A stretch of DNA of 64,000 nucleotides, taken from Amphiscolops sp. MND2022. Taxonomy: Eukaryota. Below the pieces are notes generated by a model. That model was not told the origin of the DNA and ran no database searches. It saw only the letters and a program-made list of their open reading frames with translations. This document shows positions 40,801 to 51,141 of the stretch, one piece after another; position 1 is the stretch's first letter; each line of letters begins with the position of its first letter. The stretch is taken from assembly GCA_964187785.1 (NCBI GenBank), contig OZ076413.1, forward strand, positions 49,044,001 to 49,108,000, given 5' to 3'. A program made the position numbers and the translations under genes.

Positions 40801-41442
40801 TTCAGACGTTCCCGTCTTGTTATATACGTTATATATTCTATCAAGAAAAAATGCAAATCAGGTTTTCATAGTCTGAAAAATCTAGTAGTTTTTCTACACA
40901 GTCGAATATTTTTTAAGGATTTGAAAGTTTTGAAAATCTCTTTTGGAAAACTTTTCTTAAATTATTAGTTATAGTTAATCATAATTGAAGAATTGGCGAG
41001 ACTTCTGAAAGCCTGAACTCTCAGAAACTTTCGTGTGAGGTTCTTTCTTCTTCGATGAAACAACAATCCCAGTTTTCAAAATTTGGATGCTTCCAGTGAA
41101 ATGTGCTTAGTGTGCATATCTTGTAAAATTGGATTGTTTCCAGAAGTCCCTTTGAATTAACAGGTTAACTTGTGAAAATTCTCATGAAATGAGATTTTCT
41201 CCGGAAAATGTATGTGGAAACGATAGATAAACTTTGGTAATGCGTTTGAAAGAATATTGCAGTTGTAGAAATAATACAATAATAATTTTGAGTTTCGGTT
41301 CGTAAATTTCAGGCGCCTTTGAGGATGCAAATTTGGGGCAGGTGCTGGCCAATACCGAGGAGTTTCTTCTCTCTCTTTGCCACAAACTATTCCACGCTCT
41401 GGACTCAAACAACTTCCTCAAAACGTCCAACTCTAAAAACGA
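34847..41442 (+). CDS. Spliced host gene of unknown function (partial model). Exons 34847-35024, 35555-35823, 37270-37377, 38573-38680, 39539-39683, 39984-40158, 41313-41442
   Basis: Open segments bounded by AG/GT. Phases agree at all junctions except 35823 (phase 0) to 37270 (phase 2), where a linking exon is unresolved. No stop by 41442. Confidence 0.6.
35265..35330 (-). repeat. tRNA-like (SINE-head) sequence
   Basis: A box TGGCACAGTGG and B box GGTTCGAATC without a complete cloverleaf. Confidence 0.45.
35962..36455. mobile_element. hAT-type MITE
   Basis: Perfect 13-bp TIR CTGGGGTGTGGAA, 8-bp TSD ATGATCTG, subterminal TACGG/ACGGTT repeats. Confidence 0.9.
36519..36638 (+). repeat. tRNA-derived short repeat
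   Basis: A box TGGCGCAGTTGG, B box GGTTCGAACC, no acceptor-stem pairing, non-tRNA tail ending CTTGTT. Confidence 0.55.
36841..39445. repeat. 1303-bp tandem duplication
   Basis: 36841-38143 repeated almost identically at 38144-39445. Confidence 0.96.
37523..37860. mobile_element. hAT-type MITE (second copy 38825-39162)
   Basis: TIR TAGGGATGTGCAATTA / TAATTGTTCAGCCCTA and 8-bp TSD ATGTATAG. Confidence 0.88.
40245..40821 (+). mobile_element. Diverged Helentron/DINE-like repeat
   Basis: Ends GGCGCCGACTTCA-GACGTTCCCGTC-TTGTT and shares internal blocks with 27855-28310; 5' limit approximate. Confidence 0.55.
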
Positions 41443-42180
41443 GTGAGTGGCGTCTGTTTTTAATATTTCTGCTTTTTAATATTTCTGCTTTAGCAGGAAT
41501 ATTATTGAAATCCGAAAATGTCTACTTATTTTTTTTCAGTACAATTTTTCGGACGATCTGAATAATTCAGATAGTTTGTTCGGCAGTAGTAGTAATCGAA
41601 TTCCCGTTCCTTATATATAAGAAAAATTTGAGTTCGTAAAATCATTAAAAAATTAATCTTTTTTCACAAAATACCAATCAAACCATCTAAAAATTAGCCT
41701 TTTTTCGCAACTAAAAATTTAACAAAATAAAAATCGATGCACAAATTTTCCAAAGAAACATTTGTCACAAACCAAAATTGAACTAACCTCCATCGACGTA
41801 TAATAGAATTATTACCGCATCGTGAAGAAAAAATGAATACTTACCAAATGCGTTCAAGTAGAAAACACAAGTGTCCAAATTGAAAACGAGTTTTTTTCTT
41901 CATTTTTACCCATTAAAAAATTACATATAAAAATTGATGAACTCATTTTTCATTATAGATAAATTCACGGATGCGCACAAGTGGACACCACAACTGTTGG
42001 AAAAATTACCACCATATAAATTTCAAACAAAATTTCACGCACCAGACGGTCGTCTGACCTTGAGGTGCATTCGGAATGCACCAAAATTTCATTTTTCACT
42101 TTTCTCTCTACAGTCACAGCAAACAGCATGGCCGAAGAAATGAAACTGGCAAAGAGTCTTTTTCCATTCGGACTTTCACT

Positions 42181-42740
42181 CTTAAACATGTAGAGATTAC
42201 TAATAGATCAGGAAAAAAGCCATAACTCAACGAATATTTGAGTTACAACAAAGTATAATATACCATTGAAAAGGTCTTGACAAGGGTTATCTATCTAGAT
42301 ACAATTCGAAAACCTAGTACCAATGTATACTATCTGAAACTTCGAAAAACCTGAAACCCTTAAACATGTAGAGATTATAAAAGTTCAACATATCACAGTG
42401 TATGATACATCATTGGATAAGTCATAAAAAAGAAATCATAGATGGTGATTATCTCCATGATCGGACATCCTCAGCTGAAACTATACCACCTGAAACCTGA
42501 AACCCTTAAACATGTAGAGATTATAAAAGTTCAACATATCACAGTGTATGATACATCATTGGAAAGGTCTTGAGTTGGAGATCACAGATTTTGAATATTT
42601 TCATGATTGGGTACCCACAACTGAAACTATACCATCTCAAACCTGAAACCCTTAAACATGTAGAGATTATAAAAGTTTAAGATATTGCCATGTGTGATAC
42701 ATCATTGGAAAGGTCTTGAGTTTCTGATTACAGATTATAA
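42181..42740. repeat. Four imperfect ~145-180 bp subterminal repeats of the Polinton
   Basis: CTTAAACATGTAGAGATTA at about 42181, 42360, 42505 and 42651, each followed by a CATTGGAAAGGTCTTGA-like block. Confidence 0.85.
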
Positions 42741-42889
42741 AAATTTTCTTAAATGAAATATTTATCATTCAAATCTGTGGCAAATTTTAATACCTTACCA
42801 CCACAAAATTAAAATATTTTTCACCAATTTTTTGAAAAATTATAATTGAAAAATTTTTAATTAAACTATTTTTTCTTTAATAAATAGAA

Positions 42890-45800
42890 ATGGAGAATTG
42901 TAGTATTTGTAATTTAAATTATAAAAAAGCTTTCAAGTCTGATCATCTAAAATCAGTAAAACATCTTGAAAAATTAAATCAATATTATTGTAAAAAATGT
43001 AATTTATATATGCCTATCTCAGATAAAAGTTCTCATTTAAATTCAGATGAACATAAAAACCGCATCAATAAAATATGGTGTGAAGATTGTAGTAAATATA
43101 TATCTGATACAAGAAGACATTTCCAAAGTGAAATTCATTTACAAAACCGTCAACAAAACAGTATACAAAGCCAGCGAAGCTGTATTACAGATTTCGGTAC
43201 AGCTTTGCTGCCCTCCGGTAATGGAGTAAATATAATTGTGAATGAAAACACATACATTAAACTGAAAATAAATCCAACTGAAAATCTTGAAAGTCGTATA
43301 AAAGAATTAATAAGTAAAAGGTACTTTCCTCGATTTAAATATCAATTGAGTTATCTAGCTAAATTTTCAAAAATAATCAATGGAGAAGAAGAAGTATTTA
43401 AAAGATAGATAAAATCAGATCTAATATATAATCACACACAACAAGATACTCATAACACATTAATACAGAAATTAGATGATGAACAATTAGAAGGATCAGG
43501 TTTTGTGTTTCAAGAAATAGAAGAAGTTATATTAGAAATATATAAAGTTAATGATATTCAAGCATCTTCATATATTGAGTTACCACCAAAATATAAAAAC
43601 AGCCAATCAATAATAAATATAAAAAATAATGATCAATTTTGTTTTCTATGGTGTATATTAGCATATTTATTTCCAGTTGAGAATAATAAAAATATAACAT
43701 CGAGTTATTCAAAACATTTTGATAAATTCAACCTAGAAGGTTTAGAATTCCCTATGAAAGTCAAAGATATTCCCAAGTTTGAAAATTTAAATATTGGACT
43801 GTGTATAAATGTATTCGAACTCACTGGAACTGTACTAACACCAATCCACGTTAACAAAAATTACTTACAACCACAAATAGATTTATTGCTGTATCAAAAT
43901 CACTATTGTTTAATAACAAAGTTGCATTGTTTAATAAATAAAGATTCACACATGAAACATGTATGTAGGAGATGTTTAACAGCATTTAGTTCACAACCAG
44001 TTCTAATTGATCATATGGAAAGATGTATAAAACAACAACCAACTAAAATCACATTCAGTTGGAAGGATCAGTTAAAGTTCGAAGATTATCATATGAAAGT
44101 CCCTGTACCAATAAGAGTATATGCTGATTTTGAATGTATCAATCAACCTCAAAATACCCCCAACGTGTTATTCAAACAAATTCCAATTGCAGTAGGATAT
44201 TATGTAATTTCACCATTCGGAAATTATTACTATTCATACTTTGGAATAGATTGTACCACGTGGTTTGTAAATAGAATGTTAACTTTAGAAAAAATTGCAA
44301 ATAACTATTTTAAAACAAACTTAGAATTAGAAATAACTCCTCAAGTGGAAGAATCATTTCAACTTGCAGAAGAGTGTTGGCTTTGTGAAAATCCACTCGA
44401 TGATACTAACGTTAGAGATCATGATCATCTAACAGGAAAATACAGAGGAGCAGCTCATAATATATGTAACATAAATTGTAAACAAAAGTCATCAAGTTTT
44501 GTTCCTATATTTTTCCATAACTTTTCTGGGTATGATTGTCATCTTATATTTGAAGAACTCTTAACCGAAGCATACAATCAAAATTATAATCCAACGATAA
44601 TTCCAAAATCACTGGAAAATTATGTTAGTGTACAAGTAGGTTGTTTGAGATTCTTAGATTCATACCGATTTCTTTCTTCCAGTTTAAATAATTTAGTTAA
44701 GAGTTTAGACAATTTTCCTATCATGAAATTGGAAGGAATGAGTGATGATTTATTTAAAAAGAAATTAGCTTATCCATGTGAATACTTAAATCTTGATAAC
44801 TTTCAGGAACCATTAAATCTAACCAAAGAAGATTATTGGTCAACATTAACACAATCTTATCCATCAGATGATGATATAAAAAGAACCCAAGAATTAATTG
44901 GTAAAAATAAAATTGAAAATGGAAGAGAATTAACAATGTTATATTTAAAAATGGATGTTCTTCAATTAGCTGATGTATTCGAAAACTTTGTGAAAAGTTC
45001 TACACGAGAATATAAAATTAATCCTTTGTATAGTTACTCTCTACCTGGTTATACATGGAAAGCAGGATTGAAGTTGACTAATATAAAGTTAGACTTTATA
45101 AAAGATACAGCGAAGCTGCCCTCCGGTAAAGAATTATTACTACTACTTGAAAATAATATCCGTGGAGGAATTTCAAGTGTAATGGGAGATCGTCACGTGC
45201 AATCTGATGAAAATAAACAAATCTTATATATCGATGCAAATAATCTATATGGATGGGCAATGAGTCAATATCTTCCTACTGGCGAATTCGAAATATTACC
45301 TCTTAATCCGTGTAATTACATTCTAGAGCAATTAGTAGAAGATTTATTACAAATACCTGATGATAATGAATATGGATTCTTTATAGAATGTGATTTACTT
45401 TATCCAGCAGAAATTAAAGAAAAAACAAAAAACTTTCCTTTTTGTCCGTATCAAACAAAAGCAGATCCAAACTTATTCTCAGGTTATATGAATAATGTGA
45501 ATCAACCTAATTACAAACCAACATCAAAACTTATGTGTGATGTAACCAATAAATCGAAATATATGATACATTATAGGATGTTTAAGTTTTATCTTAACCA
45601 AGGGATGAAAGTAACGAAGATACATACAATCTACCGCTTCAAGCAAAGTCCATGGTTAGGTAAATATATCGATCATAATACTCAGAAACGCACAGTAGCG
45701 AAAACAAACTTCGAAAAAGACTTGTACAAATTAATGAATAATGCTTTCTTTGGTAAGACAATGGAAAATGTAAGAGATAGAACCAATCTAGAATTCATTG

Positions 45801-46690
45801 ATCATTCTCAAATAAATCAAATAATAAAAAGACAATCCAAGTTAAGTTTCAAAGGCATTGTGGATCAATATTCTAAGTTTAGTGTGTACAAGTTTGATAA
45901 AGAAAAAACAGTCTTTGATAAACCAATTTACTTGGGATTCTCTGTTCTAGAACTGAGTAAATTGTTAATGTATGAGTTTTATTATCATACTTTAGAACCA
46001 TATTGGCAAAATAAAGTTCAACTACACTACATGGATACTGATTCTTTCATACTTAGTTTTAATGCTAACAATCGAGAACTAAGAAACTTTTTACAAGAAA
46101 ACAAAGATGAATTTGATTTCAGTGAATTAGATAAATCTCATGAATTTTATGATCCTATTAACAAAAAAGTTATAGGAAAAATGAAAATTGAAACAAGTCC
46201 AGTTTTGGTGTTAGATACCTTCACAGCATTGCGATCAAAGTCATATTCTTTCAGTTACAATAATCCGAATGGTACGCAATGCGCCTCCGGTATCACTCAA
46301 AAAGCGAAACAAAAAGGAATACAAAAAGCTCCCAAATGTGAAGAATATCAGAATTCATTGTTTAATTCAGAATCATCAAGTTCTACAAATATATCAATTA
46401 GATCTAATTTACACAACCTTACAGTTGAAAAACAAAACAAACTAGCTTTGAATCCTTTTGACGATAAACGTTTGTATATAAATCCAATACAAAGTTTACC
46501 ATGGGATAAACACACACAAAAAGGCGATTGTCCATGTATATATTGTTTGAAATTAATTGGTTTGTATTATAAAGAATTAACCGAAAATAAAACAGATGAA
46601 GAAATATATTGGAGTGTTTGGTATTGGAAACAAGCACTCACCCATCAACAACTTGTGAAGTTGATAAGTGATCGAGCACATGTTTTATAA
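42890..46690 (+). pseudogene. polB: Protein-primed family B DNA polymerase with N-terminal zinc fingers and embedded endonuclease VII-like domain; one in-frame TAG at 43406-43408
   Basis: ORFs 42890-43408 and 43505-46690 share a frame. YADFE, HNFSGYD, YIDANNLYG, KLMNNAFFGK, YMDTDS; CWLC..RDHDHLTGKYRGAAHNICN. Confidence 0.93.
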
Positions 46691-46808
46691 AAATAAATAT
46701 TTAATTTTTTATTTATATTTATAATTATTATCATTTTATAAAAATATATTTTATAAATTTATTTATCATATCAGCAAAGCTGTATTAATATATTTAAATT
46801 ATATTTAT

Positions 46809-48015
46809 TCATAATAAATCAAAATGCCTTTGTCCATCACTACTGATACTTATCAGCTTGGGTGTTAGGACTAGGGCATAAGCTATATAATCTGCTACAT
46901 TAATGGCAGCATTAAATTTGAATTCTAATCTAATAGGTTGACTCCCGATGGGGTCTTTTTGTTTGGATAAATCAAATACATAGAAATTATAATTTGTCCT
47001 GAATTTATGCAAATCAATAAATGGATTGAGTAGATTAGTTTCACTTTTTAACAAATAAAAGTTTTCAATTTCACTATATGCTTGATCATATTTGTCGCGG
47101 TCGTAGTCACTTTCTATTCCATCATCTGGATATTTTTCTGATTCTATTTTACAAACAGCATTTGAAAAAGGTAACCTATCAAATATTGCATTATCATGTG
47201 TTTGTGAATCAATTTTATTTCTAGCTTGAAAAGCAACAATTACAAACGTTGGTGTTGATTCTCCACTATTACCTAATTCAAATGTCCAATTATTATTCGT
47301 GTTAACATCTTTTCTAAATACAATCCGTTCCATGTAAAATAATTCAGTTGGATCTTTGTCGAATATTTGATCCATCACGAGTTGTTGGTTTTCCATTGAT
47401 GGTGTGTAGTGTGGAATATGCCAGGAGATGTCTTTTATATTTATTTTTGCAGCAGTAATCGCATTGTCCCTATTTCGTTTTAATGTGAGACTGTAACCCA
47501 ATCCATAAGTTATTTTTTCTTGATCAGCGAATCCAAACAAGTCTTAGTTTTATTCTCACAAAAAAGGTTCCTTTCTCTGTCTTATTGTTAGTTAGTTCTT
47601 GTCTTCTGATAGTACTACTTTCTTCAAACCCATACATCAATTGAGAAGTTTGTTGAGTGCTAGTTAAAAGTTTAATCATTAAAGAGATGGGGTGCAAATT
47701 GTCAACTTTTTCTAGGTGTTTTCCCGAACTTGTTGTCAGCTTAGCTTCACTAAATAAAGCAACGGGCCCAAAGTTAACTAAACTTATTTGATCACCATCT
47801 GCATATCTTGTATCATCATTTTTAAGAACTTCAAATTCTAATGATATATATGAGTTTTGTAAACAAATATATGCATCTTCTCTTGGGAAGATGATGGAAA
47901 TGTTTGAATTATTATTGTTGATTGTAGCTAAACTACTAGGTGAGTATTTAATAAAATCAATTTTATGAATAGGTTTATCCATAGCATATTTATTTTTCAA
48001 TGAAAATAATTCCAT
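46809..48015 (-). pseudogene. Putative double-jelly-roll major capsid protein, frameshifted (47524-48015 + 46809-47540)
   Basis: LQNSYISLEF, ALFSEAKL..GKHLEKVD, PTFVIVAFQ..FD, FYVFDLSKQ, IRLEFKF resemble Polinton-type capsid motifs. Confidence 0.75.
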
Positions 48016-48076
48016 TTAAATAGGAATAAAAATTAGGATTTAAAATTTATACTGATTTTATTTTTACTTAAAATAT

Positions 48077-48598
48077 TTATCCTAAAAAAGTAAACTCAGA
48101 ATTTAGTTTAGTTTTATTTGTTTTATATAGATCGTAAGTTTGTTTTAATTTGTTGTATTCACTCAGATCAATTTTATTGTCTTCTAAACATTTTGAATGT
48201 AGTTTTTGGTAGTCGTGTAGTGTTCTACCAGCAAGAGTATATTTTTTAATATTGTGTTGTTCTTTTCTTTTCAGGTACTCTCCAGCAATTTTACTGATTA
48301 TACATAAACCTGCACCTATACCACTTGCTATAGGTACAACAACAAGTCCAACTCCTGTGACACTCAACGTGACACATGTTGATGAAACTGCTAGTACTGA
48401 AACTCCATCAATAGATTGAATTAAACCGTTTATAATTTTATATATTTTAGATTTCTTTTTATACTTTTTAGCTTCATGGTTATAAAAATTTTGAATATCT
48501 TTTATATTTTGAATTGAATTATTAAAACTATTTATTTCTTTTAATCTAAGATCAAGATTCTGATCTTGTTGTAAACATGGGTACAATTTTTCACTCAT
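48077..48598 (-). CDS. Polinton hypothetical protein with Gly-rich hydrophobic hairpin
   Basis: 173 aa; VSVLAVSSTCVTLSVTGVGLVVVPIASGIGAGLCII between charged helices. Confidence 0.75.
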   Translation of the reverse strand: MSEKLYPCLQQDQNLDLRLKEINSFNNSIQNIKDIQNFYNHEAKKYKKKSKIYKIINGLIQSIDGVSVLAVSSTCVTLSVTGVGLVVVPIASGIGAGLCIISKIAGEYLKRKEQHNIKKYTLAGRTLHDYQKLHSKCLEDNKIDLSEYNKLKQTYDLYKTNKTKLNSEFTFLG

Positions 48599-48621
48599 TT
48601 ATTTTAAATAAAAACTTAATT

Positions 48622-49332
48622 TTAGTTTTCAAAAAGTATGAAATTTATCTCAGTATCAGTTAGTTTCATTCTATATTTAAGATCAACAATATCTTTGTAT
48701 TCATCTATTTTTAAGCACTTCAAAATATCTTCTCGCGTTGAATAGTCTAAATCAGATAAATAATATACACCATCTGATGTTTGTATTTCTTTTCCGTATT
48801 TTTCCAACAAGTATTCATCACTAAAATATAAGTACTCATTAAAGATTTGGTCTTTATTTTCAAATGAGTCAAACAATCCTTTGTTGTACAATAGTTGTAT
48901 AACATCTTTGATGGTTTGATTTTTACATTTTTCCAATTCCGAAATAAGGTTTCTCTCAAAATGATTACGTAAAATGGTTTGTTGTTCTTCCACTAACTTG
49001 GCAGCATCCAAAATAATTTCTTTCTTCTTTTCTAAAAATTTATTTTTAACATCTTGTTCTAAATATTTCAAATTTATTTTTATATCTTCTATACTCTTGG
49101 TAATGTCTAAGAATAACTTTGCATTGACTACGATTTGTGTTTCATCGTTGATAAATTGAATTTCTATGTTTTGCAAGTTATTGACCTTTTTTAATTTATC
49201 ACCAAAGGTGCTTTGTAAATCATTAAGTTTTATATTAATTAATTTGGTTTGTGATTCAAACTCTTTTTCTAAATTCTCAATCTTGTCTTTTTGTAAGCTT
49301 TCGGCACTATAACCAAATTTATGAATTGACAT
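48622..49332 (-). CDS. Polinton hypothetical coiled-coil protein
   Basis: 236-aa K/E/L-rich ORF tightly packed between neighbours. Confidence 0.7.
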   Translation of the reverse strand: MSIHKFGYSAESLQKDKIENLEKEFESQTKLINIKLNDLQSTFGDKLKKVNNLQNIEIQFINDETQIVVNAKLFLDITKSIEDIKINLKYLEQDVKNKFLEKKKEIILDAAKLVEEQQTILRNHFERNLISELEKCKNQTIKDVIQLLYNKGLFDSFENKDQIFNEYLYFSDEYLLEKYGKEIQTSDGVYYLSDLDYSTREDILKCLKIDEYKDIVDLKYRMKLTDTEINFILFEN

Positions 49333-49349
49333 TATTTATATAAATATAT

Positions 49350-50207
49350 TTACTCATAACGATGGAAAATATTCATACTTTCTAACGTTTTGTTGTTAGA
49401 TTCAATGTTGAATACGCTTCTTAAAAGTTCTTGTTCATAATACTTTCCTTCTATTTGTTCGTTGTTTTCATCTACTAAACCATACGTAACTGGGTTAGTT
49501 GGATTAATTTTATGTATTTTAAAAAGTTCTCTATTCCAATTTGTTGTATAACCTTTACTATATAAATTGCGTTTATCAGGAACTCTTACATAGTCTCCCA
49601 CTTGAAATTTGGGTATTTTTTCATTTTTATTAATTTTAAGATTGATAATTTTATTAGTATTGGTAACCATTTCAAATGGTGTCATTTTTGTTGTTCCATG
49701 GACACGATTATTATATTTTTCCAAAGCAGCATCAAGGTGATTCAACCAACAAGCTTTACCTTCAATATACATTGGTTTTTTTATTAGATCTAATAATGTT
49801 CTATTGAAGCGTTCAACAAAAACAGCTTTTAAATCTGAATTAGTTGAATAAATTTGAATTTCATTTTGTTTAAGAAAATCCAAAAATGTTTTATTATAAA
49901 ACTCTTTACCTCTATCTGACCAAATTTTATCAGGTTTTCTTTTTGTTTTTTCGATAAGACTTTTTAATGCAGTTGTTGTACTTTTTCCTGACTTATCTTT
50001 AAGAGGAATGGCCCATGCGTATTTAGTATGATTGTCAATTATTGTAAAAATGAACTTGTAGTTTTTATTATATTTTGATAAGCTAGCCCTGTCTATCAGA
50101 TCAATACTCCAACACTCATCTTTATAATGGGGAATTATTTTAATGCGATCAAACTTTTTAATTACAGGAGAGAATATTTCTTTAGCAATTTCTTTCTTTT
50201 CATTCAT
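49350..50207 (-). CDS. int: Retroviral-like (rve) integrase of Polinton type
   Basis: WSIDLID, WSDRGKEF, VERFNRTL (DDE triad), KGYTTNW; intact 285 aa. Confidence 0.93.
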   Translation of the reverse strand: MNEKKEIAKEIFSPVIKKFDRIKIIPHYKDECWSIDLIDRASLSKYNKNYKFIFTIIDNHTKYAWAIPLKDKSGKSTTTALKSLIEKTKRKPDKIWSDRGKEFYNKTFLDFLKQNEIQIYSTNSDLKAVFVERFNRTLLDLIKKPMYIEGKACWLNHLDAALEKYNNRVHGTTKMTPFEMVTNTNKIINLKINKNEKIPKFQVGDYVRVPDKRNLYSKGYTTNWNRELFKIHKINPTNPVTYGLVDENNEQIEGKYYEQELLRSVFNIESNNKTLESMNIFHRYE

Positions 50208-50218
50208 TTATTTAATAA

Positions 50219-50990
50219 ATGAATAAAAAATTATATATAGGTTTATTATGTGTAATTTTTATTATAATTTTGTGGGTGTATTGGTATTATATTAAACCTA
50301 ATTATTATAAAAAATTATACCAAAAACTAAAACAATTCAAGGGATTTAAATATTCTCATTTAACTAACAAAGAAGAAGAACAAGAACTTACTCCACCAAA
50401 CACAAGTACAAATAGTCACTTTTTAATATATGGTACTAGTGGATCAGGTAAGACTAGTTTCCTTAAGTATTATTTAGATCAAACTAAAACAAATTTTATA
50501 GTATTCGGTAGAGATGAGACTGAGTTTAAAGATAATTATATACCTTTGTTACAGTTAGAAAATATTGAAATAGAGAAACTTGCTAATAGAACTATAATTT
50601 TAGATGATGCAGGAGCATTCAAACAACTCAGAACTAAAGTAGAAGACTTATTTCGGTTTGGTAGACACAATAATATACAAGTTATATACTATGCAAAGGA
50701 TGTTCTCCCAATAGTGAGAGAGAATTGTTTTAAATTATATATCACAATAAATAATCCAGATAGTTTCTTTGAAACCATAATACAAACTTATTCAATCAAA
50801 GAAGATCTCAAATGGAAACTATATCGTAGTCAGTTAGAATTTGGTGTAATTGAATTTGATACTAGATCACAAAAGTATAAAATACTCAATCAAAAGTACC
50901 AACTAATCTACGATACAACTAAACATAAATGGAGTCCTGAAGATTATGTAAAATATGAAAGTTATTTCTTTACAGGTGAAGAATATAATA
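50219..50990 (+). pseudogene. A32/FtsK-like ATPase 1, 5' part, with N-terminal TM helix; interrupted by the Penelope array
   Basis: Walker A GTSGSGKT, Walker B IILDD, GRH; reading frame continues at 61702. Confidence 0.88.
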
Positions 50991-51028
50991 TTTATGAGAA
51001 AAGAGTGGCAGAATAAAAACTTCATAAA

Positions 51029-51066
51029 TTCGACGTTTCGTCAACTTCTGTTGACATTATCAAGAA
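51029..51066 (-). ncRNA. Minimal type I hammerhead-like motif (also 53638-53675 and 56223-56260)
   Basis: Reverse complement of the motif at 58981-59018. Confidence 0.7.
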
Positions 51067-51141
51067 ATTCTGAAAAATAGCAAAAATTAAACAAATTTCA
51101 TTAGTGCATCATCAAAAAAAGCAGAAGCAAAGAACATCAAT

